Source: an uncultured Planctomycetaceae bacterium | Lineage (GTDB): Bacteria > Planctomycetota > Planctomycetia > Isosphaerales > Isosphaeraceae | Length of the DNA: 64,000 nt | Assembly (NCBI GenBank): GCA_963833985.1 | Contig: CAWIAD010000001.1 | Location: 2,400,001 to 2,464,000, forward strand | Direction: 5' to 3' | Part shown: positions 22,750 through 32,538 of the stretch, piece by piece | How the letters are laid out: each line of letters opens with the position of its first letter | How positions within the stretch are numbered: the first letter of the stretch is position 1 | The notes under the pieces: model-generated | Told to the model about the DNA's origin: nothing | What the model saw: only the letters and a program-made list of their open reading frames with translations | Database searches by the model: none | Translations under genes and position numbers: made by a program

Positions 22750-24991
22750 CTACTTTCCGCACATCTCGCCTTGACTATCTCCTAATTTCCGTGTGCCGTC
22801 TTTCGGCCTGTCAGGTTCAAATCTCGTAGGCTTTGGGTATCCCCAGCAGGCGCAGGATCCTCTTCTGGAGCCGAGTTAACTCTGTGCTGAAGACCTCAAG
22901 AGGGCGTTTCCCAGCCTTCAGGGAATGCTCTTGAACGTCCTCGTACAGGTCGATCACTTTTCGAGCCGTCGGGCGTCGGCAGGCCCGACCTTCGGAATAC
23001 AGTGGCAGACTCTCGATTCCCGCTCGTTCCATCGCGCGGCGGAGTTCTCGCTCCAACAGCGCCTCGACCAGCAACACGAAGAAGTACACGCAGAGCAAGG
23101 CCTGAATCCGACTTACCTCCTTCAGGTACATAGGCGCTACCACGAAGTCAGTCTTCAGGTGCTCGAACCGTCGTTCGATGGCCGGTTGCTGTTTGTAGGC
23201 CAAGAGCAGATCCTGCTCCGTCATCTTCGATTCGTTGCTCACCAGCGGGAAAATGCCATCACAGCGGGCCTCCTCATCCAGTCGCTCCAACTCAATCCGA
23301 TGCTTCAACGAGTAACGGAGCTTCTCCTCTCGGACGTACCGCGTGTCCTGTCCAGGCCGGCCGCGTCGCTCCTGGCGGAACTTTTCGGTGACCTGCTCCT
23401 CGATCTCGACCGAGATCCACTCGGTGACCTCACAGTCCCGGAGCAGCTCCTCGACCGCCTCGGCGACCTTGGCTCGACTGCGGTACCGGGTTCGGGACGA
23501 GGCGAGCTTGGCACGCAGTTCGTCCAGTCGTTTCAACGCCTTCTCCAGCCGGGTCAGCCGTACCTCCGCATCCAACTCGGCCTTGCGTGTGCTGTGATAC
23601 CAGATCAGCCGGTAACCCTCGGTGGTCTGGCTCGCAGGTTTGCAGATCGAGAAGCGGTCGGTCAACTGTCCCTTGTCGTCGTACTTGTCGTGGGTCCATC
23701 GCCACTGGATCTCTCCCCGGAGTACGGCGCCGCGGAAGGCACCGTCCTCACTGCGAGTTCGCGGCAGCACGCTGAGGAACCGACCGCCGCGCTGATGCAG
23801 ATAGGCCATGTTCTCGGTGGTGGCCAGCTTGCAGTCGGCGATGTAGAGAAAGTCTCGGCGTCCGGTCAGTTGACAGAGCAACTCCCAGGTCTCCTGGTGA
23901 GAGCGGTCGTCGGTGGCGTTGCCGCTCTCGACGCGAAAGTGCACCGGGACGGCACCGTCGCCGGTCACGGTGAGGATGTAGAGTAGCTGCTTGAGGTCGG
24001 GGCGGTGGTCTTTGTTATGACCCCAGGTCACCGCCAACCGCAATTGTCCCCGCAGGGTTCGCTCCGCCTCCGCCGACTCGTAGTCACCGTGGAAAGTGAT
24101 GGTGGTCGAGTCGTTGTGTAACTGGTCGAGGCTGACGTCGAATTCGCGTACGGCATGGGCCGCGACCTTCAGGGCCAACCCCGAGAGATTGGCGTCGAAG
24201 AGACGGTCGAGGGCCCGGCCAACTCGATCGTCGTTCATTGCGGCGACTTGGACATCGGACAACCCGAACAGTTTCGGCTCATGGCGGGCCACCCACTCAC
24301 CGACACCATAGAGTGGCTCACGCGAGATCAGCAGGTTGCGCAGCAGGACGAGCAAGGCCGTGGCCGTGGGGACCCGAGTGCGGCCGTCCTCATGGGGCAG
24401 GTGGTCGCAGAGAAACTCGCGAAGGCGGAGCCGACTCAGGAAGTGTTCCAGGATGGGCACGGCGGCAATCCGCCGCGTGTTGAGCGTGCGCGTGCGTCCC
24501 TTCGAGCGGGCCGTCTCGCCGGGTTGGCGCGGTCGTTGAGGTTCGTTCATGCGGATCATCTCCGGAGGGTTTGCAGCGAGTTGGCCGGTGTCCGCCGCCG
24601 GGCCTTCCAGGGCCGTGAGGGGAGCAGGCCGACCGCCGCAGGGCTTGCCGCAATGATGGCGGAGGAGATCGGGACGTCAAGGACAAAAAATCTTGTGATT
24701 CACTTATGACAATTTGCCTTGACGTAAGTTGTGAGCCGCTCAACTTACGCTCATAGCCCGTGTCACAAGTCGTCGCGGCGAGAATCGCGGCGCGCGGCTG
24801 GACATTGCCAAGTCATAAGACAAGGCGAAGAATGGCTCGAGTTCAGGAACGGTCCGGTTGGCGAACCATCTGAACCGAACAAGGTCCCCGTGCCGATCGA
24901 CTTGTAGATGTTTACCGACCCTGGGGCCGCGTCTGAGAAGATGGCCTCAGGTCGAATTCGGGGAAATCAAAGGGAGATGTGCGGAAAGTAG
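22750..24991 (-). mobile_element. IS1634-family insertion sequence, complete
   Basis: 18-bp perfect TIR CTACTTTCCGCACATCTC (22750-22767 and inverse at 24974-24991), flanked by direct repeat GGATCACC (22742-22749, 24992-24999). An equivalent reading is a 19-bp TIR with a 6-bp TSD GATCAC. Confidence 0.92.
22817..24559 (-). CDS. IS1634-family DDE transposase
   Basis: MNDDRVGRALDRL, HNDSTT, GHNKDHRPDLKQ, IADCKL, YKQQPAIERRFEHLK. Confidence 0.93.
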   Translation of the reverse strand: MIRMNEPQRPRQPGETARSKGRTRTLNTRRIAAVPILEHFLSRLRLREFLCDHLPHEDGRTRVPTATALLVLLRNLLISREPLYGVGEWVARHEPKLFGLSDVQVAAMNDDRVGRALDRLFDANLSGLALKVAAHAVREFDVSLDQLHNDSTTITFHGDYESAEAERTLRGQLRLAVTWGHNKDHRPDLKQLLYILTVTGDGAVPVHFRVESGNATDDRSHQETWELLCQLTGRRDFLYIADCKLATTENMAYLHQRGGRFLSVLPRTRSEDGAFRGAVLRGEIQWRWTHDKYDDKGQLTDRFSICKPASQTTEGYRLIWYHSTRKAELDAEVRLTRLEKALKRLDELRAKLASSRTRYRSRAKVAEAVEELLRDCEVTEWISVEIEEQVTEKFRQERRGRPGQDTRYVREEKLRYSLKHRIELERLDEEARCDGIFPLVSNESKMTEQDLLLAYKQQPAIERRFEHLKTDFVVAPMYLKEVSRIQALLCVYFFVLLVEALLERELRRAMERAGIESLPLYSEGRACRRPTARKVIDLYEDVQEHSLKAGKRPLEVFSTELTRLQKRILRLLGIPKAYEI

Positions 24992-25064
24992 GGATCACCA
25001 ATACCCACGGAACGCATTGCGAAGTTGATTTCGCCAACCCGCGCCCCCTATCCGACAATTATCC

Positions 25065-27050
25065 ATGACCGGATCGAGCCCTGTCGATACCGGGACCAGC
25101 AGTGCGAGCGGCTCGACAGTGATGGTCCCTTCCCAGCTCAGGTCCACGCTTCAAGCGATCGTCGCGCTGTCAGCCTGGAGCGGACTGGTTGCCGGCTTGC
25201 TGGAAGTCGTCGTCACCCTGCTGCGCAAGCGTCTCCTCGATGCCGATCAGATCCTCAGGCTCAGCCACCATTTCATCTGGCTCATCCCGCTCGTTAACCT
25301 TTGCATCTTCATCGCGCTGGCAGCAATCGGCTCCATTGTCGTCCTGATCTGGCCTCGCCGCGGGCGCTGGTTCTGCACTCGCGCGCTCGCCGCCTTCACG
25401 GTTCTCCCCGCGCTCCTGGCCGCGTTCCCAAAGATTTATGCCGTAGCCTTGCTGCTGATTGCCGCCGGAATCGCCGTCAGGGTCGTCCCGATCATCGAAC
25501 GCAACCGCTTGCGATTTCAACCGTTCCTCCTTGCCGGATTCTCTCTGCCATCGATGATCGTGGCAATCCTCGCCGGTTCGGTCTGGTATCGTGATCACTC
25601 CAGACAGGTCGTCGAAAACGCCAGACCGCTGCCACCCCCTGGGTCACCGAACGTTCTCTTGCTGGTGCTCGACACCGTGGCCGCCAGCCACGCCGGCATC
25701 AACGGCTACAACCGGGCAACGACCACCACACTGAACGAACTTGCCACCCGCGGGATCCGGTTCGACTGCGCCCGCTCCACGTCCTCGTGGACGCTTCCAT
25801 CACACGCAAGCATGTTCACCGGGCTGTGGCCTCACGAGCTTTCTCTCGGCTGGCTCACCCCGCTGAATGACCACCAGCCCACGATCGCCGGTTGTCTCGG
25901 AAATCGCGGCTACGCAACCGCCGGGTTCATCGCCAATACGTGGTTCTGTGCCTCCGGCTCCGGGTTGTCCCGTGGCTTTACACATTATGAAGATTATATC
26001 TTTCCAAAGCTTACAGCGCTCAATACCTGTGTCATGGTCCGCCGCGCGCTCGAAGGTTACCAGGACTCGGCCGGCTTCACTGAGGAACTTTTCCAGGACA
26101 TCGGCTGTTTCGACGCCGTCGAATCCATCTGGGAAGCGCTCGCTGGCAACCGCAAGGACGCAGCCGAAGTGAACCGAGAAGTCCTCGATTGGCTCTCCGC
26201 ACGTGACCAGCCCGATCGTCCCTTCTTCGCGTTCTTGAACTACTATGACGCTCATTACCGCTATGTGCTCAAGCCCGGAAGGCTCCATCGTTTCGGCGAT
26301 GAGCCCGACGACTCATATAAGCGCATGCTGATCCATCATTGGTGGGAAATTGATAAAACCAAGGTGTCACCCTCCGGCGTGGCGTTCGCTTCCGATGCGT
26401 ACGACGACTGCATCGCCGATCTCGACGAACAGGTCGGCAAACTGATCGACAGGCTTGACCGGGGCGGCATTCTTGAACACACCTGGCTGATCGTCGTTTC
26501 CGACCACGGCGAGAGCTTCGGCGAGCATCCGAATATCTTCTGCCACGGCTCCAGCCTCTTTGAGACCGAGCTGCGCGTGCCGCTGCTGATCATCCCGCCA
26601 TCAAGCACAAAAACGGCCACCGACCTGGCCATCCGCGCTCCCGTGAGCCTGCGCGACATCGCCGTCACGATCGCCGATATGGCAGGCTTCAAGACGGAAT
26701 CATCCTTTGCAGGCGATTCCCTCACAAGGTTCTGGAATCAGCCATCCCCCGCATCGGGTGCCGTCCAGACCGCCAGTCTCTCCGAGCTTGTTCCGAACGA
26801 CGTCAAGAACCGTAACTACTGGGGCCTTCCCGCACAGCTTCCGCCAAGAGCCGCACTCAAGGACTCGGAGTGGTCCTACATGCGCCGCGAAGTGGAAGTC
26901 GGCGAACAACTGTACCATCTCACCGATGACCCTCGTGAGCAGCATAACTTGACGCAGGATCCGTCCGCTCAGGAGACACTCCAGCGACTGCGTGCGAGTC
27001 TCGACCAGTGGACCAAAGGCCCCTTGCTTCCGGGCCGGTTCCCCCCCTGA
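25065..27050 (+). CDS. Membrane-anchored sulfatase-like hydrolase/transferase (alkaline phosphatase superfamily)
   Basis: About 5 N-terminal TM segments, PNVLLLVLDT, SSWTLPSHASMFTG, FLNYYDAH, VSDHGE, LYHLTDDP. Confidence 0.88.
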   Translation: MTGSSPVDTGTSSASGSTVMVPSQLRSTLQAIVALSAWSGLVAGLLEVVVTLLRKRLLDADQILRLSHHFIWLIPLVNLCIFIALAAIGSIVVLIWPRRGRWFCTRALAAFTVLPALLAAFPKIYAVALLLIAAGIAVRVVPIIERNRLRFQPFLLAGFSLPSMIVAILAGSVWYRDHSRQVVENARPLPPPGSPNVLLLVLDTVAASHAGINGYNRATTTTLNELATRGIRFDCARSTSSWTLPSHASMFTGLWPHELSLGWLTPLNDHQPTIAGCLGNRGYATAGFIANTWFCASGSGLSRGFTHYEDYIFPKLTALNTCVMVRRALEGYQDSAGFTEELFQDIGCFDAVESIWEALAGNRKDAAEVNREVLDWLSARDQPDRPFFAFLNYYDAHYRYVLKPGRLHRFGDEPDDSYKRMLIHHWWEIDKTKVSPSGVAFASDAYDDCIADLDEQVGKLIDRLDRGGILEHTWLIVVSDHGESFGEHPNIFCHGSSLFETELRVPLLIIPPSSTKTATDLAIRAPVSLRDIAVTIADMAGFKTESSFAGDSLTRFWNQPSPASGAVQTASLSELVPNDVKNRNYWGLPAQLPPRAALKDSEWSYMRREVEVGEQLYHLTDDPREQHNLTQDPSAQETLQRLRASLDQWTKGPLLPGRFPP

Positions 27051-27760
27051 CCTCAGCTCGGAGCCGGTCCGCCGGGCGGCCACCACTTCCAGGTCATCAC
27101 CGAAAGACCAGCGTCCCGGGCGCCTGAGCACTCGCGCAGGGCACGGCTACGGCGCGAGGTCCTTCCTTTCTTCCATCCCTCTCGGTCGGTCTCGGCAGCA
27201 AACTTCGCCCCGATGCCGTCCCCCCCCCGGAGCATCTTGCAGGACCTCTGCAACCATCGAATGATCAAGGTCCCCGGCACGCCTGGACTCGACTTGCCAA
27301 TCCAAATATGCTGGGTGCGTTTTTTTGCAGAGATTTCGATTGAAATCCGCACCGGCGGCTGGCTAGTATCGGGGCGTCCGGTCCGGGCCCTGCGGGCGGT
27401 GCGGTTCTCACGCCAGCAATCGCCGACGGGCGGCCTGGGTTGAGAAGCCGTCGACAGCCGTCGCGAGCAGCGAGCCGTTTGATCTGATCCGAGATCTCAA
27501 CCTTGCGCATAGAAGATAGAACAGACCGCTGATCCGGCTATCCCTGAGTCACCGACGCACCAAAAGCAAGGCAGGTGCTGAACTGAGCCCGGCACACTTC
27601 TTCGCGAATTCTGTGTGAGAGTATCATATCTTCTTCTTAATCCCGCGTTATCGTTGGGCCGCGATCTCCGCTCATACTTCTGCCTTCGGGTTGCCTTGGG
27701 TTCGTATGGTTCAGCCGCCTCCATCACGCCGAAAAGAACCTCGCTTCTTGGAAGGAGTCA

Positions 27761-27997
27761 GTGGTGCGCGTTCTCTACTCACGTTTCCTCGTGGTAGCTG
27801 CTCCTGGCTTACTTTCACTATGCCTGTGCGGTCTGAGCGGATGCGGTTCGAATCAAGCGGACGGAATGGTTGAGGAAGCGCCGCAGATCGACGCGGATCA
27901 AAAAGCAGAAGTCAAGGCTCAGTATCAAAAGCAAATGTTGGAGAGGCAGAGCAAGTCAAGAAAAGGCAAGGCTGCCCGCAAGAAACCCGCGAGCTGA
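27761..27997 (+). CDS. Small putative lipoprotein
   Basis: GGAG RBS, hydrophobic leader, LSGC lipobox, Lys-rich tail; a typical companion of DUF1559 genes. Confidence 0.65.
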   Translation: MVRVLYSRFLVVAAPGLLSLCLCGLSGCGSNQADGMVEEAPQIDADQKAEVKAQYQKQMLERQSKSRKGKAARKKPAS

Positions 27998-28262
27998 GCG
28001 CGAAGGCTCGATGTGCCGAATAATCCGTCTCTGAGAGAACAGGTACTTGAGCGATTGACCACTCCGGGCGCGATTGCCTCATTCGAGATGAGAGCGAGAG
28101 TCCCTCACTCGGAGCAATTGCTCCGAGCGAGCTGAAAAACGAATCAGGGACGGATTCGACCGATCCGGCCGCCGACTCAGGCTGAAGGATCCTTCGCAAC
28201 CAAGGTAGCTACGAACGACTGTGTGTGCTCTTACCACGTTGCGTCCAACCGAGAGGCGACCC

Positions 28263-29406
28263 ATGTTGCGCAGTTGCAGACGAGGTTTCACCCTGATCGA
28301 GCTGCTGGTGGTCATCGCCATCATCGCAGTGTTGATCTCGCTCTTGCTTCCGGCCGTGCAATCAGCGCGAGGCAGCCCGGCGTATTCAGTGCACAAACAA
28401 CCTGAAACAGATCGGCCTGGCCTTGCACAATTATTACTCGACCAACAACACGTTTCCGATGGGCGGTACCCCCCAGATGGATCCCACCGCCAACTATCCG
28501 ACAGTCACCGGGCCCTACGAGTGGGAGAATTACAGCAGCTTCGCCATGATGTTACAGTATCTTGAGCAATTGCCGGTCTTCAACTCCTGCAATTTGCTCA
28601 TCTGCCCGGACACCGGTTTCGGTGCTGCGCAACCCTGGAACTACACGGCTTACAACACCAAGCTGAACGCGTTCCTCTGCCCGTCCGATCCGTACTCCGG
28701 CATTCAGAACTTGTGCAATTACGCAGCTTGCTTCGGCACCACGACTTACATGCCCGCTTTCCAGGTGACCACCTCGGTCGTACAGAACCAGGGTGAGACC
28801 ACCGGTCTTTTCACGATCTGGAAGTCATACGGCATGCAGAGCGTGACTGACGGTACAAGCAATACGATGGCGTTTGCCGAGCAACTGGTCGGGTGCTGTG
28901 GTTCGGGTTATAACCGCAGCGGGCCGAACGGTGGAAACGGTACCCTGTATCGCGGCAACATGGCCTTTACTCCCGCCAGTTATGTGCCGGCGAGTGGTCA
29001 CGTTTTCGACGTCAGTGCCATCCCTAATGCGGCCAATACCGTAGCGACTGACATCCAGGCGATTGCCGCCATTTTTCAGCAGCAACTGCCCAAGAAGATT
29101 CCCGATTATCGTGGCTACAGGTGGATCATGGGCATCCCCGGCGCCACGATGTTCAACTCGGTCCAGACGCCGAACGAATCGATCTTCAACGGATCCCGAA
29201 CAGGTCCTGGTAGCGTGAGCGGTAGCGTCGGCAACAATACGGACTCCTCCTGGTCGGTACCCGCGACGAGCACCCACCCGGGCGGAGTGAATGTGACGAT
29301 GGCCGACGGCCACGTTCAGTTCATCAAGAACAGCATCAGCCGCCCCATCTGGTGGGCCCTTTCAACAAGGGCGAACGGCGAAGTCATCAGCTCAGACTCT
29401 TACTGA
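28263..29406 (+). CDS. DUF1559 family prepilin-type N-terminal cleavage/methylation protein; frameshift at ~28367
   Basis: [82 protein letters not shown] (H-X9-DG). Confidence 0.93.
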
Positions 29407-29441
29407 TCTGCAATCCGCTTTCCCACAAGGGTCTCATGAGC

Positions 29442-29479
29442 AAGGCAGGCCGGAGAGTATCTCCGGTCTGCCTTCTTTT
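29442..29479 (+). terminator. Rho-independent terminator after DUF1559
   Basis: Hairpin AAGGCAGGCCGGAGA-GTA-TCTCCGGTCTGCCTT followed by CTTTT. Confidence 0.75.
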
Positions 29480-29618
29480 GCGGAGTTTGCCGCGAGGACA
29501 CACAACAAGCGACGTTCAACGTCATGCAAGGAGTGCAGGAAATCCGCCGGGATTCCCATACCGGAGCGGCAGTCAGCCTGCTGGAGTATGGAGGTGGTTC
29601 AGGCGGGTGTCATGCCTC

Positions 29619-30392
29619 TTATTCTCCAGCAGCCCTGGGCACTTTCGCTCGCGGCTCCTGAAGCGCAACGATCACCGTACCGAACACGACGAATACGCTC
29701 AGGAGGGCGGCGGCGGCCAGCCGGGTTTCAGCCTGTTCCGGGAGCGGTCTCTCGGTGCGGGCAAGCGGAAGGAAGGCTCCGCAAACGTCGAATAACAACG
29801 CTGCCAGAGCACCGCCAGTGATTCCACCGATCAAAGGCCTTGCAAACGCCTTTCGAGTGTCGCAGCCAGCAGCGAAGGAAACCCCACCCGCAGCTCCCAC
29901 GGCGGACCAGATCGCGAGGTGAATAAGCAGCGACAGAGTGAAATCTGCCGTTCCGAGCCGATTGAAATAAAGCGGTGTTACTGCGTAAGAAGCCGCGGCG
30001 CCGAACAGGCCACCGAGCACGATGCCTACCAGGCAAGCGGTCAGCGTCCGAGTCAGTGAGAATCTCCGCAGCAAGCAGCCTGCGGCGAGAGCAAGACTGA
30101 GCGACAGGAAAGCGCCGAGCAAGCCGTAGGCGACCGCCGCATTTTGAGCCGCATTTCCAATCACAAGGCGAGTTCCCCGAAACTTCGTGCCATGCTCCAC
30201 ATTCTCCAGGATGCGGAAGCGGTCCGCGACCGTGCACGCGATCCATGCTCCTGCCAGGGCAATGAGAACGCCGACCACGAGCGCGCTACCGATCGCTGTT
30301 GAACTCGGCCGAACGGCCTTCACGGTAGTCGGTACGGCAGGCGTCTGGGTCGGCTCTCCCCGCCCATCAACTTCTGTCTCGGAATCGCTCAT
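29619..30392 (-). CDS. Multi-pass membrane protein
   Basis: About 6 Gly/Ala-rich hydrophobic helices; likely start MSDSETE at 30392. Confidence 0.72.
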   Translation of the reverse strand: MSDSETEVDGRGEPTQTPAVPTTVKAVRPSSTAIGSALVVGVLIALAGAWIACTVADRFRILENVEHGTKFRGTRLVIGNAAQNAAVAYGLLGAFLSLSLALAAGCLLRRFSLTRTLTACLVGIVLGGLFGAAASYAVTPLYFNRLGTADFTLSLLIHLAIWSAVGAAGGVSFAAGCDTRKAFARPLIGGITGGALAALLFDVCGAFLPLARTERPLPEQAETRLAAAALLSVFVVFGTVIVALQEPRAKVPRAAGE

Positions 30393-30723
30393 TGACACGT
30401 CCTTTGATTCGGTGCAAATTGCATAAAATGGTATCTCTGGATGGCGATTACACCGTACTCCATGGAGCCGCGGCGCACCTGACATTATGGGCGACCGAAG
30501 GTAATTTCAAGTGGGTGGAGCAACTGGTACAAGCACTTGGTTGACACCATGAACGGAGATTCTCGAGACGAGCTTCATGGAAATGCAAAAAAGAAGATCT
30601 TGTGGTGATCGCACCTGAGCAGGCCGCGCCTCTGAGGCACAGCGGTTTTCGCTCGAGTCATGCGTGCGGGAGTATGAGTTTGCCTGGACAGAACCAGAGT
30701 CGGCCGCCACGAGCACCTGAGCA

Positions 30724-30855
30724 GGGGGGGAAATTAGTGTCAGGGGGGAAATTCGTCTCAGTTCATTTAAATTGCCAATAAATGAACCGACACTGATTTC
30801 CCCATAAATGAACTGACACCGGTTTCCCTATAAATGAACTGACACCGGTTTCCCT
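30724..30855. repeat. Tandem array of 3 x 26-bp units (ATAAATGAACTGACACCGGTTTCCCT) preceded by degenerate inverted arms
   Basis: Units at 30778-30803, 30804-30829 and 30830-30855; inverted partial copies at 30724-30768. Confidence 0.9.
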
Positions 30856-31097
30856 GACCGATTCCGAAATCGATCTCCAGGCTGGGTCACTGGCCCGACG
30901 TTATGAAAGAATCGGGCGACCCGAGCCGCTCTCATAGGTCGTCATTACAGACTCCAGGGAGCCCCGCATGAAAGCTCAGCGGACCGACCCGCCGAGATTA
31001 GCCTACATTCGCAAAGAGCCGAGCCGTGCCCAGGTCTGAATACTGGGAAACTTGCCCACGCCATCGGTTCCGGTAACCAGCCATATTGTCAGAGGTC

Positions 31098-32450
31098 TCA
31101 ATCGGTCTTTCCGTTATGGGCAGCATCGGCCCCCCACATCTGCCAGCCATCGTCGGCGTCCTCACCCGTCTCCATGCACATGAGCGTCCCGGAGTCAGTC
31201 CCGATATAGACACGCCCTGCCACGACGGCCGGCTGGAACACGATCGGTTCGCCGATCGGGACACTCCAGAGCGTCGTTCCGGACTCGGCCGACAAGCAAT
31301 GGACCTCGCCGTGGACGGTCCCGAAGTAAAGCTTCCCATTGGCGATGGCGGGGGGAGTCAGCGGGCTGTCGAGCAATTCCTCACCCTCGGGCTGTCCGGT
31401 GCCGACTTTCGTCTTCCAGTACATCGTCTCCGAGCGTGGGTCGGCCGAGGTGACAGTGTCGCCGTGGGCCGCGTACAGCCGTCCCCGGTAGACGAAGGGC
31501 TTCGAACCCTGGTAGGTCCAGATCTCATGGACATGGCCCTTGCCGAGGTTGTGCATGGCCTGGGCCATCTTCGCATCCCCCTTCGCAGAGCCGAATCCAA
31601 CGGCAGAGTCGGCCTTGAAGCTGGCCGCGTATCGGGGCGAGCCTCGGACTCGTTTGGCGTGATCGAGGTAGTCGGCCTTACGGGCCGACCCCGCATAGCG
31701 CCGGTAGGCCGCGTCGCGCATCCGCCGCGCGGCGAGATGCTCGGCCTGGTAGACGTCAGGCCGTACCGGGTCGCCCTCCTTCACCTCCTGACGCTGACTG
31801 AAGAAGCATTCCCCCTCCCAGACCACCGGCGACGAGGTGGCATTGCGTGGCTCCTGCCACAAAACGTGGCCATCCTCCTTGCGCATGCAATAGAGCGTGC
31901 CGTCGAGGGTCGCGCAGTGGACGTTCTCGCCTGCGAGAACGGGGGCCGTGATGATCTCGCCGGCGATCGGCTGCTTCCAGTATTCCTGCCCCGTGCGAAG
32001 GTCGAAGCAGGCGAGGTAGTGTTGCCGCTCGCCCCGGGAGTCGGGATAGGCCATGTAAATTCGCCCCGCCTCGACGGCCGGCATGCTCATCAGGGGGTCG
32101 CCCAGCCACTTTTTCCAAACCGGGGTGCCCTCAACGGTCAGCACCTCCAGTTCGCAACTCTCGGTGTTGAAGACGACATGGCCCTCGGCAACGGCCGCAG
32201 CGGTAGGCCCGTCGTCAGAGGTCTGGTACTGCCAGGCGAGGCTGCCGTCGCGGGCGTCGAAGGCATAGAAGTCGTAGCTGCCGAACCCGCCGCCGATGAA
32301 GACGCGGCCGTCGACTACCGCCGGCGTCGCCAGGCTGTGACGACCGGGGAGGGTCACTCGCCAGCCGCGGAACCGCCCGTCCGGGCTGAGAAACGGCGAC
32401 GGCTCGTCGACCTTCGGGAGATGCCCCTGTTGCTTCGGATCGATCTTCAT
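31098..32450 (-). CDS. PQQ-binding-like beta-propeller repeat protein (BamB-like)
   Basis: Repeats TPAVVDGRVFIG..AFDARDGSLAWQY, PAIANGKLYFG..CLSAESGTTLW; no signal peptide evident. Confidence 0.85.
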   Translation of the reverse strand: MKIDPKQQGHLPKVDEPSPFLSPDGRFRGWRVTLPGRHSLATPAVVDGRVFIGGGFGSYDFYAFDARDGSLAWQYQTSDDGPTAAAVAEGHVVFNTESCELEVLTVEGTPVWKKWLGDPLMSMPAVEAGRIYMAYPDSRGERQHYLACFDLRTGQEYWKQPIAGEIITAPVLAGENVHCATLDGTLYCMRKEDGHVLWQEPRNATSSPVVWEGECFFSQRQEVKEGDPVRPDVYQAEHLAARRMRDAAYRRYAGSARKADYLDHAKRVRGSPRYAASFKADSAVGFGSAKGDAKMAQAMHNLGKGHVHEIWTYQGSKPFVYRGRLYAAHGDTVTSADPRSETMYWKTKVGTGQPEGEELLDSPLTPPAIANGKLYFGTVHGEVHCLSAESGTTLWSVPIGEPIVFQPAVVAGRVYIGTDSGTLMCMETGEDADDGWQMWGADAAHNGKTD

Positions 32451-32538
32451 CGCTGATGGCTCCGGATGGTTACGCGGATTGAGCACCGCGCCGGATTCCA
32501 GGACCCGGTACGCGGATCACGGACGATGTCGCTCGGGC

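Noticed and set aside
27051..27760. Riboswitch or ncRNA in the long intergenic gap
   Set aside because: No motif I can recognise; an Rfam/Infernal scan would be needed.
1407..28369. Programmed ribosomal frameshifting or phase variation
   Set aside because: No slippery heptamers or long SSRs, and the affected genes are functionally unrelated; a shared sequencing-error context explains them better.
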